Assembly (NCBI GenBank): GCA_963662285.2
Contig: CAXXMV010000002.1
Coordinates: 1,760,001 to 1,824,000, forward strand
Direction of reading: 5' to 3'
DNA length: 64,000 nt
From: a bacterium
Lineage (GTDB): Bacteria > Hinthialibacterota > Hinthialibacteria > Hinthialibacterales > Hinthialibacteraceae
Shown: positions 1 through 10,431 of the stretch, piece by piece
How the letters are laid out: the number at the start of each line of letters is the position of its first letter
Position numbering within the stretch: the stretch's first letter is position 1
Notes under the pieces: generated by a model
The model's input: the letters and a program-made list of their open reading frames with translations, nothing else
Database searches by the model: none
What the model was told of the DNA's origin: nothing
Program-made: the position numbers and the translations under genes

Positions 1-349
1 CGACGCGCCCTGGGTGCAACCTGTTGGTAAAAAGAAAGGCAATTACGTTACAGATGGTCCTTTCATTTATAAAACTAAAAGTGGGAAACTGCTGATGCTG
101 TGGTCAAGTTTTACCGGAGAGGGCGCTTACGCCATTGGCGTTGCTGAATCGGAAAGCGGACTAGTTAAAGGTCCATGGAAACAGCATGATAAACCGTTGT
201 ATGATAAAAACGGTGGTCACTCTATGTTATTTAAAACCTTCGACGGTCAGTTGATGCTGGCTTTTCATCAACCTAACAGTGGAGCGAAAGAACGCGCACG
301 GTTTTATAAAGTGATTGAGGGGGATGATGGGTTGACACTGGTGGATTAG
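1..349 (+). CDS. Glycoside hydrolase family 43 protein, 3' part (gene starts before the window)
   Basis: VTDGPFIYKTKSGKLLMLWSSF...GVAESESGLVKGPW...GGHSMLF..FHQPN is a typical GH43 beta-propeller C-terminus; the frame is open to the window edge. Confidence 0.8.
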   Translation, partial: DAPWVQPVGKKKGNYVTDGPFIYKTKSGKLLMLWSSFTGEGAYAIGVAESESGLVKGPWKQHDKPLYDKNGGHSMLFKTFDGQLMLAFHQPNSGAKERARFYKVIEGDDGLTLVD

Positions 350-371
350 ATTACGTCCTGGTCCTATATTA

Positions 372-420
372 GGTGGCTTGATCAAGGGCTGACCGCAATG
401 CGGTCTTGCCCTTGGCACCC
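372..420 (+). repeat. REP-like palindrome family A (ATCAAGGGC..GCCCTTG[G/C]CACCC)
   Basis: ggtggcttgatcaagggctgaccgcaatgcggtcttgcccttggcaccc; related copies at 10272, 12114, 24636 (half), 28882 (reverse) and 58306. Confidence 0.85.
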
Positions 421-449
421 AGCGTGACCCATCCTACGCGATGGTTTTG

Positions 450-485
450 CCCTCACCATAGCCCTCTCCCGGCGGGAGAGGGGAT
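450..485 (+). repeat. REP-like palindrome family C (CCCTCACC.TAGCCCTCTCCC..GGGAGAGGG)
   Basis: ccctcaccatagccctctcccggcgggagaggggat; copies at 13061, 13544, 26407, 50277 (reverse) and 54575 (reverse); preceded by a family B half site tgacccatcctac at 425-437. Confidence 0.85.
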
Positions 486-500
486 TTTGGCCTTCACGCA

Positions 501-2852
501 TTACTTGTGCTGCATCCACTTATTACATTGGGTTTCGTCGCTTTTATTGACATGGAAATTCATGGTAGATATTTCAACTCCATCGGCTAATGTATAAGGC
601 GCGTCGCTGAAATTAACTGTTATTATGGTTCCATTATCAAATTCCGTCTGCTGTATGCTGCGGTCAGCGGTCAAGAAACGGTGATCGGTCATTTCGCTGT
701 AACCGACGCTGCGAACTATAGGGCATACATTCTTATAACTCTGCACGAAACGGTCTTTATTTTCATTCCATATTGCCTTGTTGAACATGAACATGGGGGG
801 AGTGGCGTAGAGGATATTAAACAGGTCGCGTTTATCCCATAGACTTGGTAGTTTGTTATTGTAATCTCCCCAATACCATTGCGCGACGACGCAATCATGA
901 TAAACCAGTTCCCAGAGCGGCAGTCGGTAATCATGACCGAGTTGGAATTTTGCAACTCTCTCAGGAACCTCATCCCAGATATCCTGAATATGTCTTCCCG
1001 CATCTGGAACGCGGTAAGGCCCCAGGCTGAGCATTCCTTCAAAATAATGCGCGAATGGAACCGCCGCATCGTGTCCCGTCTCTGAACCGCATACCAGCTT
1101 CATCTCTTCCGAAACCAGGCGCAGCAGCTCCATTTTCCAAAAGCGGCTTTCGCTGCGCGTCATGGGGTGGTCGGGATGATAATCCTCGCGCCACGGACTG
1201 GCGGTGGTGGTATCAATAAAACGCGAGCGGTAAGCATGGGTTTGCAACTCATTCGATATGCGAGGGCGGGCGTAATCCAACGCTTTGCAATCGCTCAACA
1301 CTCCGCAGGGATACTTTTTCCCATCTTTGCCCGTCACTTCCCAGCCGCGCCGCCAGTCGCCATTTTTATCCAGCATGATATCATCCGGCCACCCGTCTGT
1401 AGTCCAATCCGGGTGGACGCCATTGAGATACTGGAAATAATCGGGATTCATTAAATCCTGATAAATATCATAGCGGCTGGTTAATACATTACGCTGATTC
1501 ATCTGTTGAATATTATTGGGAGATTCACGGTGGCTCCACAGAATACGTTCGATGCCCAATTGCTGCATCTCATTAACATAACTCAGCGCCCCATCCCAAC
1601 ACCAGACGTTGACCGCTCCGATAAGTAGATCGACATTAGGATTCTCTTCACGCTTTTTGGCAAGTGTTTTGAATATCCCGGTTTCCTGCGCATGAGCGCG
1701 GTAACGCTTGCACATGGCGACATGGCCGCCTTTATCGAAAAAGACGTAGCGAATCCTGCGCGGGTAGCCGAATTTTCCTTTTTGAGAATCCCATTCGGGA
1801 GCGACGCAGAGCAGATCATTGATTCTCGTGATGCGGATAGCGGCGTCATCAGCTGTTTCGAGAATAGCCATGTGTCCAGCTGCGCCATCAGTAGCGCCCC
1901 AGAACCCCATGCAAATGCCATGACCTCCATAGCCAATCAGGCGGCCTGTATTAATGGTCAAGTCATCAACCGGATAAGATATCCCCTCGTTCATGGGAAT
2001 AACCAGATAACTCTCTTTATCGGTAACGAAGGGATTCGGGAATGAAAGCGAACCGGGTAAATCCCCGGCGCCGGTAATGGTTAGAAGCAGTTCAGGGCGT
2101 GATTGCGCGATTGCGAATGTGACATTTACATCAGCCCCGGTCTGGGCGTAAAACCAGGTTGTATCCAAACGGTCTTCATTTACCTCAGCGCTTTTTAAGA
2201 CCATCATGTCGTGGTATGGTTGCTGCTCCCATATCTGACTGGTTCTGGAATCTTTAACCTTCAGGATTCCGGTCTCAACCTCCAGATCAACTGATATCAG
2301 AGCATTTTTGAAATTGATGATGTCGGGCAGGTCGCTCCGGAAATCGCTGATGTTACCCTCTTTGGTCAGTTTGAAATCATCGATCCACACCGTGGCCGGA
2401 CCATGTCCTATGATGCGTGGATATATTTTCTGAACATTATGAGGAACGAAAAAGCGGCTGGTCAAATGATTCCAGTCTTGGTCGCCGCTCAGGTTTTGTC
2501 CGGCGTAACTCCACTCGATAACTTCATCATTTTCATCGCGGGTTATCACGCAAATCTCAGCGTTTCCTGTACCGGTGATTTTGATCCATCCATCAAGTAT
2601 AAAGAAATCGCCGTTTCTAACATCAAAATTGACGCCGGGATTAAAACTCCAATCCTGGGCGCCGCTATGTTCAATGCGGGCGGAGTTATTTCCGGTATGA
2701 ACCACATCATTATCAATGCTTACGCTTCCAACTCCCGCATCGCGCGTCCAGAGTGATCCCCAACCTTGCATGCCTGATTCAAAGTCGCCATTGGGAACCA
2801 GGTTGGTCGCGCTAATTACTGTGATAAATGATAAGGCCGCCAGAAATGTCAT
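501..2852 (-). CDS. Secreted glycoside hydrolase (GH129/GH101-like) with N-terminal CBM4/9-type domain; ends in the shared C-terminal motif
   Basis: Signal peptide, then NLVPNGDFESG...VWIDDFKL (CBM4/9-like), then a catalytic region with RFIDTTTASPWREDY and GSETGHD; ends TQCNKWMQHK. Confidence 0.7.
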   Translation of the reverse strand: MTFLAALSFITVISATNLVPNGDFESGMQGWGSLWTRDAGVGSVSIDNDVVHTGNNSARIEHSGAQDWSFNPGVNFDVRNGDFFILDGWIKITGTGNAEICVITRDENDEVIEWSYAGQNLSGDQDWNHLTSRFFVPHNVQKIYPRIIGHGPATVWIDDFKLTKEGNISDFRSDLPDIINFKNALISVDLEVETGILKVKDSRTSQIWEQQPYHDMMVLKSAEVNEDRLDTTWFYAQTGADVNVTFAIAQSRPELLLTITGAGDLPGSLSFPNPFVTDKESYLVIPMNEGISYPVDDLTINTGRLIGYGGHGICMGFWGATDGAAGHMAILETADDAAIRITRINDLLCVAPEWDSQKGKFGYPRRIRYVFFDKGGHVAMCKRYRAHAQETGIFKTLAKKREENPNVDLLIGAVNVWCWDGALSYVNEMQQLGIERILWSHRESPNNIQQMNQRNVLTSRYDIYQDLMNPDYFQYLNGVHPDWTTDGWPDDIMLDKNGDWRRGWEVTGKDGKKYPCGVLSDCKALDYARPRISNELQTHAYRSRFIDTTTASPWREDYHPDHPMTRSESRFWKMELLRLVSEEMKLVCGSETGHDAAVPFAHYFEGMLSLGPYRVPDAGRHIQDIWDEVPERVAKFQLGHDYRLPLWELVYHDCVVAQWYWGDYNNKLPSLWDKRDLFNILYATPPMFMFNKAIWNENKDRFVQSYKNVCPIVRSVGYSEMTDHRFLTADRSIQQTEFDNGTIITVNFSDAPYTLADGVEISTMNFHVNKSDETQCNKWMQHK

Positions 2853-2889
2853 AGTTATCGCTCCAGAAGAGATAATTCCATGCCGCCTT

Positions 2890-4605
2890 TTAATGCATCA
2901 GCCAGTTTTGGATATTGGTAAAGTCTGAATTGACCGCCGGAACCAGCAGGTGCGATGGATACTCGGGCGATAGATGCAGGGTAGTTATGGCTTCAGCCGG
3001 GTTGCCGTCCTGACCCAATGCTTGATAAAGCGGATTAAGATCAAAACGGGGATAATTGGTATTGGCGATGATGATGCGCATACGGTGTCCTTGATTGAAA
3101 ATAAGGCTGGTGCTCCAGCAATCTACCTCGTATTTATATACTTCGCCTGGAGTGATAGATGACGGATCTGTTTGCGAATCACGGAAACTGGCGCGGGCGA
3201 CGCCGTCGCAAACCAGCATGGAACGGCCATCGGGATATACATCAGTTACCCGGACGGTAAGGTCGTTGTCTGTTAGATTCGTGGCGGCATATAGAATGGC
3301 TTTGATGCGACCGGTTATTTCGAGCGGCTTATCCAACGCCGCAGTGCTGAAGACCAGCACGTCATTGCGATTCTCGAGGGTTGTTTGATCTTGTGGGCCT
3401 GCGGAAATTTCAAGATTGGCGCCGCCCTTGGTTGTAACCGGGGCGGTAGGATTCATTTGCAATTGGCTGGTTTGGGATGCTTCAGGAGCATTGATAGAAA
3501 GGGCGCCATCCTGCTGCAAATAAAAGGCGACCTGCTGGGCTTCAATGGGCCATACATCACTGGTGCGCCATTCATTGCCTGTGGCGTCAGCCGCATCAAC
3601 GTCGCCCATGACATAATATCTGACTGCTGGTTCGCTCATGATGCCATTGGCGGTTCCCTTCATCCAGTAATCGTAAAAATCGATGGTTATATCGAGTTCC
3701 TCTTCAAATTGAGAATTGGCGGGGTAAGTCAATTGTCCCTGCTGCGCTTCGAATTCATTGACGTGAGTCCATGGACCCATAACCAGTTTCTGGTTATTCC
3801 TGGCGCCTTCGGCGCCCAGGGTTTGCCGTCCGGTAAAACCGCTTAATGTTCCTTCTTGGAAGCAATCATACCAGCCGCCGACAAATAAGGCGGGGACGTT
3901 AACCTCCGCATGTTTTGAAGCAATGTCCATTTGCGCCCAGAAATCATCATAGGTTTTATGTTCTTTAAAAAGTGGTAGATGTTTCGTCAAGCCAGTTCCG
4001 GCGAACCATCCTTCGATTAGAGATTTACGGAAAACGCCGTTTTGATATGCGGCTTGACCGTACATGGTTGTCGGTGCGTAACCTATGACCTGACAAACCA
4101 GATGCGGTGGAAGAGTCGGCGCCATCAGATTCTGAGTGATGCCCATGGCAGATGGACCAAAGGTTCCAACTTTGTCATTGCACCATGACTGCGCCGCAAT
4201 CCACTCAACCGTATCGTATCCATCCTGGTTGTCGCCCCAACCATCATTGACGAAAACCATGTCGTCGCCTTCAGAGTCATAGCGCCCCCGTACATCCTGA
4301 ATCACCAGGGCATAGCCCTTCAACAGAATTAATTGCAGCATCTCCAGGCTTTCATCATCTTTTCCATAAGGCGTGCGGATTAATATAGTGGGAAACGGCC
4401 CGCCCAAAGGCGACTTATGCACGGTGGTTGATAGTTTGGTTCCATCACGCATGGGAACCATGTGAGTTTCATCAAATATCCCCTGTTGCCGCATCTTGGC
4501 GTTCCATTCATCATAAGAGAACGGCTTGGTTTGTTTTGAATATGCTTGATTGACAAAAGTTATAACTAGTAAAATTAACAATAGTCCCGGAATTTTCTTC
4601 ATCAC
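2890..4605 (-). CDS. CocE/NonD family serine hydrolase (peptidase S15), secreted; ends in the shared C-terminal motif
   Basis: VPMRDGTKL, RTPYGK, QDVRGRYDSEG, GPSAMG nucleophile elbow, GGWYD, MGPWTH; signal peptide; ends TNIQNWLMH. Confidence 0.9.
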   Translation of the reverse strand: MMKKIPGLLLILLVITFVNQAYSKQTKPFSYDEWNAKMRQQGIFDETHMVPMRDGTKLSTTVHKSPLGGPFPTILIRTPYGKDDESLEMLQLILLKGYALVIQDVRGRYDSEGDDMVFVNDGWGDNQDGYDTVEWIAAQSWCNDKVGTFGPSAMGITQNLMAPTLPPHLVCQVIGYAPTTMYGQAAYQNGVFRKSLIEGWFAGTGLTKHLPLFKEHKTYDDFWAQMDIASKHAEVNVPALFVGGWYDCFQEGTLSGFTGRQTLGAEGARNNQKLVMGPWTHVNEFEAQQGQLTYPANSQFEEELDITIDFYDYWMKGTANGIMSEPAVRYYVMGDVDAADATGNEWRTSDVWPIEAQQVAFYLQQDGALSINAPEASQTSQLQMNPTAPVTTKGGANLEISAGPQDQTTLENRNDVLVFSTAALDKPLEITGRIKAILYAATNLTDNDLTVRVTDVYPDGRSMLVCDGVARASFRDSQTDPSSITPGEVYKYEVDCWSTSLIFNQGHRMRIIIANTNYPRFDLNPLYQALGQDGNPAEAITTLHLSPEYPSHLLVPAVNSDFTNIQNWLMH

Positions 4606-4857
4606 ATAATCTCTTTCTTGAATTTCTCATATTTTATAAATAACTCAAATTATTTACTTCGCTCAAGTTTATCACTGTTTTCGATTAAATCACTGCAAAC
4701 TCGATAAATCAACCACAGATTTTTTTGAAGGGGCATAATTAAATCAAACAAATCTAAAACCTTTGAATATGTTGTCGTTTAAGTTAGAATTAATGTTTGG
4801 GCAGATTTTATAAAACATTGTCTTTATGTGAAACAATGTATATGAGGTAGGTATATT

Positions 4858-5451
4858 ATGAAAAAAGGATTTACGCTAATTGAATTGCTGATAGTCGTTG
4901 CGATTATTGGCATTCTGGCAGCCATCGCAGTACCAAACTTTTTGAACGCGCAGATCAGGGCGAAATGCGCACGGGTTGTTTCGGATATGAAAACTATCGA
5001 AACAGCGTTATCGATGTATCGACTGGATAACAATGCTTTTCCACCAGCGAACCTAGCTCGCGTGCCGGGAAGCGGTGATCATTATCATCCCAATGAAATT
5101 CGCTTCTACCGTTTGACGACTCCAGTTTCTTTTATGAGTTCCGTCCCGAAGGATCCATTCGCCAATACAGCCAACCAAGCAGATTTTGCTCAGTGGGGTT
5201 CAGCCTATGATTACGTCAATAATTATGGCGGCGAGCATAACGGCGGATGGGGTCATGTCTGGCGCTTAAACAGTTGGGGGCCGGACACAGTTAACGGTTG
5301 GGGCGGTCAACGTACTGGTACATGTCCTGGCGGCGTTCCAGATTTTATTTATAACACATCTAATGGTCTGGTCAGTGTTGGAGACATCGTTTGGGTTGGC
5401 GCTAAAGATTCTCAGACAACCAATTTCTGCAATATCATCAATGGCATTTAA
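4858..5451 (+). CDS. Prepilin-type N-terminal cleavage/methylation domain protein (GspG-like pseudopilin)
   Basis: KKG|FTLIELLIVVAIIGILAAIAVPNF, YRLDNNAFP, VPKDPF, SWGPD; GAGG RBS upstream. Confidence 0.9.
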   Translation: MKKGFTLIELLIVVAIIGILAAIAVPNFLNAQIRAKCARVVSDMKTIETALSMYRLDNNAFPPANLARVPGSGDHYHPNEIRFYRLTTPVSFMSSVPKDPFANTANQADFAQWGSAYDYVNNYGGEHNGGWGHVWRLNSWGPDTVNGWGGQRTGTCPGGVPDFIYNTSNGLVSVGDIVWVGAKDSQTTNFCNIINGI

Positions 5452-5478
5452 GTCTTTTTTCGTATTTAATATAATTAT

Positions 5479-5508
5479 AACGGGTCTGTTGTTTCAGACC
5501 CGTTTTTT
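5479..5508 (+). terminator. Intrinsic terminator after the pilin-like gene
   Basis: aacgggtctg-ttgttt-cagacccgtt hairpin followed by a T tract. Confidence 0.8.
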
Positions 5509-5555
5509 ATCTTTAAATTAATATATTTCGAAGCAATTTTCACGAAAAAATATGC

Positions 5556-7397
5556 TTATTGAAAAGCATCAACGATGATTTTGGCGCGGTGATGAGGCAG
5601 GTAACGGTCTAAAATGGTTTGGCGTCCATTAGTAGATAATTGATTTCTGCGGTCTTCGTCATTGAGCAGCAAGGCGGCTTTTTCTGTGAATTCTGCAGTA
5701 GTTGTCGCCGTCTCGCAATCACGCCCGGCAAGAATCGCATCTTCAGACATGCCATCCACTGGATCTGAAAGCAAGCACCCGCCAGCCATCAGCACGTCGC
5801 AGTCGCGTATGTTGATGGCGGTTGGCAGTTGGAGGCTATGGATGCCAATCACCACTTGGGCGGACCGGTATAGATCAGCCAATTGATGGTATGGAATAAA
5901 GCCATGATAGCGATCAGCATATTTATCGCCTAAAAGAGGCTTCCAATCATAATTGCCATATACATGCAAGCCTAGCGGTAAAAGCGCTTGAGTCATGTTC
6001 CATCTTCTATGATATATGTCGAGCATATATACAACGTAAGCCAGGGTTTCCGAGGCTTCCTGATGCCTGCGACCGCATTTCTCATAGAGTTGCGCGGCGC
6101 ATGTCAGTAACGAGGCGGGAATCTCGCGTTGCGACCAAAGCGCTTTTAAGCCGCTGGTTCCCGTCTTCAATTGTAATCCTTCCGCATAAGTCTCTTCCAG
6201 TAAATCGCGATCCTGCGTCTTGAGGGAGCTGAGAAATGGCGCCATGTTCCATGTTATTCCCACGAAAACCAAGGGGTATGCCAATTCTTGTTTGAATGTA
6301 CCTTCCCGTTCAAGCAAGGCGAATACCGGGAAATGCTTCAAGCGTTGAGCGCCCTGCCTGATCAATTCTTCTTTGTAAGTCTGATCGGCGTAGAGCACCA
6401 GCTCTTCTGCATCATATCTTGGAGCAACCTGGTAATTCTTGCGGAAGGATGGATCGTCGGTTACCCAGGTTATACGATGGAAGGCGCCGTCGGGGACGTA
6501 ACATCTGGTAGGATCATTCAGGAAAAGTATGGCATCCGGATTGGTTTGCATCTGGCCATAATACTGGACTAATCGTCGTGAACGTCCACAGGGCAGAAAA
6601 GTGAATGCGCTTTGGATGTCAAATGCTTCCAAGCCGCGATGGATGGCGAGTAGTATGGGGGTTGCAGTATATTCGGTAGGCGATCCTGCTGACCATACAT
6701 GTGATAAATTATCCGGGCGCCGATTCAGGTTTTCGGTTGATTTCGCAGTAATGGCATTTTTGTTTTTACACCATTCAGCGATTTCTTGAATCGACTGTTG
6801 AAACCCTTGGATGTATTGATTTTTGGTTGATTGATCCTGCGCTGTCGAACTGAATAGCATTTCAATATTATTACTGAATACAAGAAACAGTGCGTTATCT
6901 TTTATTGCTTTGGTCAGCGTTTCAACAATAGGTTCTCCAATTGACCAGGTAATAATTCCGCTTAACAATATTTTTCTCAGATCGCATATTGACATGGCCA
7001 GTAGGATGTTGAGTGGATCGTGTTCGACAACGACCACAATGGTTTCAGTCAGGTTTTGAACAAACTCATGCATCAATGTCAGTTCAGCGCCATATCCTGA
7101 TCCGGCTAGTAATAATAATGAAGGTTTTTGTTTCTGAATTGCATCTAATTTAGTATGGAGCGCCTGGATTAAATTCTCCGGCGGCTTTAATGTCCAGTAA
7201 TTATTCTCTGCATCACGGGCCTTCTCCGGGATGTTATCAATCAATAGCAGTTCTATTTTTTCTAATTGATTAATATAGGAAGAGAGATATTGATATAGCG
7301 CAGGTTCAACCAGTTTTAAGGTATCAAGATTATTCCCAAGATAAAAGTTTGAGTATTGATGATATGGTATCCTGGAATATGATTTTTCCGCTGTCAT
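5556..7397 (-). CDS. CgeB-like glycosyltransferase (Glyco_trans_1_2) with Maf-like N-terminal region
   Basis: LLLLAGSGYG..VVVVEHD N-terminal region; LHVYGNYDW..LADLYRSAQVVIGIHS..INIRDCDVLMAGGCLLSD C-terminal CgeB-type motif. Confidence 0.75.
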   Translation of the reverse strand: MTAEKSYSRIPYHQYSNFYLGNNLDTLKLVEPALYQYLSSYINQLEKIELLLIDNIPEKARDAENNYWTLKPPENLIQALHTKLDAIQKQKPSLLLLAGSGYGAELTLMHEFVQNLTETIVVVVEHDPLNILLAMSICDLRKILLSGIITWSIGEPIVETLTKAIKDNALFLVFSNNIEMLFSSTAQDQSTKNQYIQGFQQSIQEIAEWCKNKNAITAKSTENLNRRPDNLSHVWSAGSPTEYTATPILLAIHRGLEAFDIQSAFTFLPCGRSRRLVQYYGQMQTNPDAILFLNDPTRCYVPDGAFHRITWVTDDPSFRKNYQVAPRYDAEELVLYADQTYKEELIRQGAQRLKHFPVFALLEREGTFKQELAYPLVFVGITWNMAPFLSSLKTQDRDLLEETYAEGLQLKTGTSGLKALWSQREIPASLLTCAAQLYEKCGRRHQEASETLAYVVYMLDIYHRRWNMTQALLPLGLHVYGNYDWKPLLGDKYADRYHGFIPYHQLADLYRSAQVVIGIHSLQLPTAINIRDCDVLMAGGCLLSDPVDGMSEDAILAGRDCETATTTAEFTEKAALLLNDEDRRNQLSTNGRQTILDRYLPHHRAKIIVDAFQ

Positions 7398-7414
7398 TAG
7401 GTATGTTCCTTTAA

Positions 7415-9304
7415 TTACTGATGAGTCGTATATCGTTGGGTAATCCGGTTTTTTAGAGTTTCTAGAACTTTTGGCGCACGAGCTGCATAGGTGTGTTCGT
7501 ATAGGACTCTGGCGCGGCCTTTATTTATAATCTCTTGCCGTTCTTCGCTGTGTTCAAGGTAGTACTGTAATTTATTTTGTAAGTCATGGCGGTCATTATA
7601 AAAAACCATCTCCTCATTAGGTATAAAAAAATCATCCGCTCCCTCTACCCAATCGGTCAATAAAAAACCGCCTGAAACCGGGCAGTTGAAATCACGTTGG
7701 TTTAAGCTGGTCAATGCTTGCAGGCTGTGGATGTTTAAGTTGATCTGGCTGGAGGCGAAGATGTTTGGGACATCACGCTCCGGATCGGCGGGTCCGGCGT
7801 AACAATCGCGCAAAGGATTATCTTTCAATAAAACCAGCCAGTCGTCGTTGCCGTATATCTTTAAGCCGAATGGCATAGCCGCTTCCAGCAGCCATATTCT
7901 ACGCAAGGCGTTGGCTGTTATATAAATGCCATATCGCACAAACTGGGGCAGGGGATCAGTTTCAGTTTTGATGATGGAAAGGCCGAATTCAGATTGATGT
8001 TCCAGGATGAGAGTTTGATAGTCGCTCTGTGGTTGATGCGCTTTAATTTCAGCCGCATGTTTTACCAGTTCAGCAGTTTTTTCATCTAATCCCCATTCAT
8101 CGGGAGAGAAGGCTTTGACCTGACCGATATAACTTACCGGAGAGCGAAACCGTTCTTGAAACGTGGCATCGACCTTATCAAGATCGGCCACATAGGGGAA
8201 GAAATCCACGCTACGGGCCTGCATGTCCTGCAAGTTCTTTGTATACCATTTATCCCAGGTAAACACAAAATCATTTGGCCCGAAATTTTCTTTGACGAAG
8301 CAGTTAGGATCATCCAGGCACCAGATCAATCTGGGCAGCCGTAGGCTATCAAGTATTTTTCGATCAGTATATTCATCCGGCGACTTATTGATAAATAGCA
8401 GTAAGTCGGGCTGCTCTTTTTGTATGGTTCGAATAAAACTTACATCACTGCGAAAACCGGGGTGATGATAAATTATATCAATGCCCAGCCGCTTACATTC
8501 ATCCAGAAACCTTTGCTGGATATATGGAATAGCTTTGCCGTCCTGCTCTGAAAGATGTAAGGCCATTATGCTTTTTATGCGCTCAGGCGGTTTTGTAGCA
8601 TAATATTGGCGTATGCTCTGCAAGGCTTCAGCATAAGATTCTCTACCATTGCGCATCCATGATGTGATGTAATTTTTTAGCGGTTGCCAGATAGACAATC
8701 TATTTGTAAACCGCGCTGTGGCTGATAAAAATATATCGGGGCGATCTATGGTGAAGAAGTTTTGGGCGTCGAATATCTCTTCCAGTTGGCTATGCCAGTC
8801 TTCACCAATAATAATGAAGCACCGGTTGCTTTGCAGCATTCTCTCCAATGAAAAGGAGGCCAGCGTCAAGGCGAAAAAGACGGGATCGCTTTCGAGCCAT
8901 ACCAAAGCTTTGTGCGGCGACTGGTTTAAGTGTTGGTGAACAATGTTGTAAGTATTACCCAAATCGCAGCCCAGGTAAAAAATAACCGTTGCATTGGTTG
9001 AAGGTGAAAAAGTGTTGATGGCGGCGGTTATCGACGGCCAATCCTGTTTGAGCCGATCTGACGACAACAGAATCTTAAATTCTTCTTCTGCATGAAAGGC
9101 GCATTCAATTACCTGGCGCTCTCCCAGACGAAGATAGTAGGAAGAATTCTGTAATATGGGTTGAACTATATGGAAAAGTTCGGGGTGGTGTTTTTCTAAT
9201 ACATCCAAATTATTTTGCAGGACTGGTGGATTAAACCGCGTCCACTTCTGCCAGCCGGGAGGAATTGTATTATTCAGTCCAATCGATGAGTTCATAATTC
9301 TCAA
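7415..9304 (-). CDS. CgeB-like glycosyltransferase (Glyco_trans_1_2) with Maf-like N-terminal region; paralog of its neighbour
   Basis: FYLGCDLG..LVWLESDP; WCLDDP; KIYGNDDW..IFASSQINLNIHS..LNQRDFNCPVSGGFLLTD..YYLEHSEER..EHTYAAR. Confidence 0.8.
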   Translation of the reverse strand: MRIMNSSIGLNNTIPPGWQKWTRFNPPVLQNNLDVLEKHHPELFHIVQPILQNSSYYLRLGERQVIECAFHAEEEFKILLSSDRLKQDWPSITAAINTFSPSTNATVIFYLGCDLGNTYNIVHQHLNQSPHKALVWLESDPVFFALTLASFSLERMLQSNRCFIIIGEDWHSQLEEIFDAQNFFTIDRPDIFLSATARFTNRLSIWQPLKNYITSWMRNGRESYAEALQSIRQYYATKPPERIKSIMALHLSEQDGKAIPYIQQRFLDECKRLGIDIIYHHPGFRSDVSFIRTIQKEQPDLLLFINKSPDEYTDRKILDSLRLPRLIWCLDDPNCFVKENFGPNDFVFTWDKWYTKNLQDMQARSVDFFPYVADLDKVDATFQERFRSPVSYIGQVKAFSPDEWGLDEKTAELVKHAAEIKAHQPQSDYQTLILEHQSEFGLSIIKTETDPLPQFVRYGIYITANALRRIWLLEAAMPFGLKIYGNDDWLVLLKDNPLRDCYAGPADPERDVPNIFASSQINLNIHSLQALTSLNQRDFNCPVSGGFLLTDWVEGADDFFIPNEEMVFYNDRHDLQNKLQYYLEHSEERQEIINKGRARVLYEHTYAARAPKVLETLKNRITQRYTTHQ

Positions 9305-9473
9305 CCCGCAATCAAATTAGTGATAATATATTCTGTAATAGGGGATGTTTATGATCATGTCATCATACAACGCCTTGTTTATAAATCAACTATTTTAATG
9401 TGCGGCGTTGATTATGCGGCCTGTCTTCAAAATGGTCTGGCATGGATTAGCCCGGAAAGATAACAATAATTGG

Positions 9474-10235
9474 ATGAAAAACGAGATATACGATCTGACA
9501 TTCGAACTTGAAGAACATTACTGGTGGTATGTTGCGCGGCGTAAAATTATACTATCGCAAATTCAGCAGATGCTTCCGGCAGCCGACCTGAACTCTAAAC
9601 CGCGCATACTGGAGTATGGCTGCGGAACAGGGAAAACGCTATCATGTCTATCCCCATGGGCGGAGGTATATGGTTTGGATATCTCGCAACAAGCCCTGGA
9701 TTATTGCCGACAGCGCCAGTTGGTTAATCTTAAACTGATAGATTTGTCCAAAGAAATGGATTTGGATAATCCCTTTGATGATCCCTACGACCTGATCCTC
9801 ATGCTTGATGTGCTTGAACACATAGAAGACCAAACAGCGCTGCTGGAGAGAATTAAACGCTGGTTGAAGCCCGGCGGTCAGTTGCTGATTACCGTACCGG
9901 CATTCAATTTTCTGTGGAGCGGGGAGGATTACGTCTCTAATCATCTGCGCCGATATACTAAATCAAGCCTGACTGAAATAATGCGGGAATCCGGTTTGCA
10001 TATTGAACGCATATCCTATTTTAATTTTTTCCTGTTTCCTTTGCAGGCCGGAATTATTCTGTTTAATAATATGTTTTGTCCCAGAACCATGCAGCAGTCT
10101 AACCTGCATACATTATCAGGAAGCATCAATTCGATGCTGACGGCTATTATGTCGGCTGAAGTACACTTGCTTAAAATGTTTAATTTTCCCTTTGGCGGAT
10201 CGATCATCTGTGTTGTGAATAATAAACCAAAATGA
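9474..10235 (+). CDS. Class I SAM-dependent methyltransferase (surface-glycan associated type)
   Basis: LEEHYWWYVARR, ILEYGCGTG, LDVLEHI, ITVPAF..LWS..HLRRYT; ATG 9474 is a more likely start than TTG 9408. Confidence 0.85.
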   Translation: MKNEIYDLTFELEEHYWWYVARRKIILSQIQQMLPAADLNSKPRILEYGCGTGKTLSCLSPWAEVYGLDISQQALDYCRQRQLVNLKLIDLSKEMDLDNPFDDPYDLILMLDVLEHIEDQTALLERIKRWLKPGGQLLITVPAFNFLWSGEDYVSNHLRRYTKSSLTEIMRESGLHIERISYFNFFLFPLQAGIILFNNMFCPRTMQQSNLHTLSGSINSMLTAIMSAEVHLLKMFNFPFGGSIICVVNNKPK

Positions 10236-10271
10236 TACCGACTACAAAAAGAAATCAAAGCTAATCTAAAG

Positions 10272-10316
10272 GGAGGCTTAATCAAGGGCAGAAAAAACAC
10301 TGCCCTTGGCACCCGC
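10272..10316 (+). repeat. REP-like family A copy
   Basis: ggaggcttaatcaagggcagaaaaaacactgcccttggcacccgc. Confidence 0.8.
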
Positions 10317-10376
10317 ATATTATATCTTCCCAACTATTATGATTTAACTTTTATTTGAAGAATTGTTATAAAATAA

Positions 10377-10404
10377 TTCGCCCGGCCTGAAGAGGCCGGG
10401 CGAA
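10377..10404 (-). terminator. GC-rich hairpin, probable terminator of gndA
   Basis: ttcgcccggcct-gaag-aggccgggcgaa, a perfect 12-bp stem just downstream of the gndA stop. Confidence 0.7.
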
Positions 10405-10431
10405 GATATAATTCACTCAATTCTATCCAGT

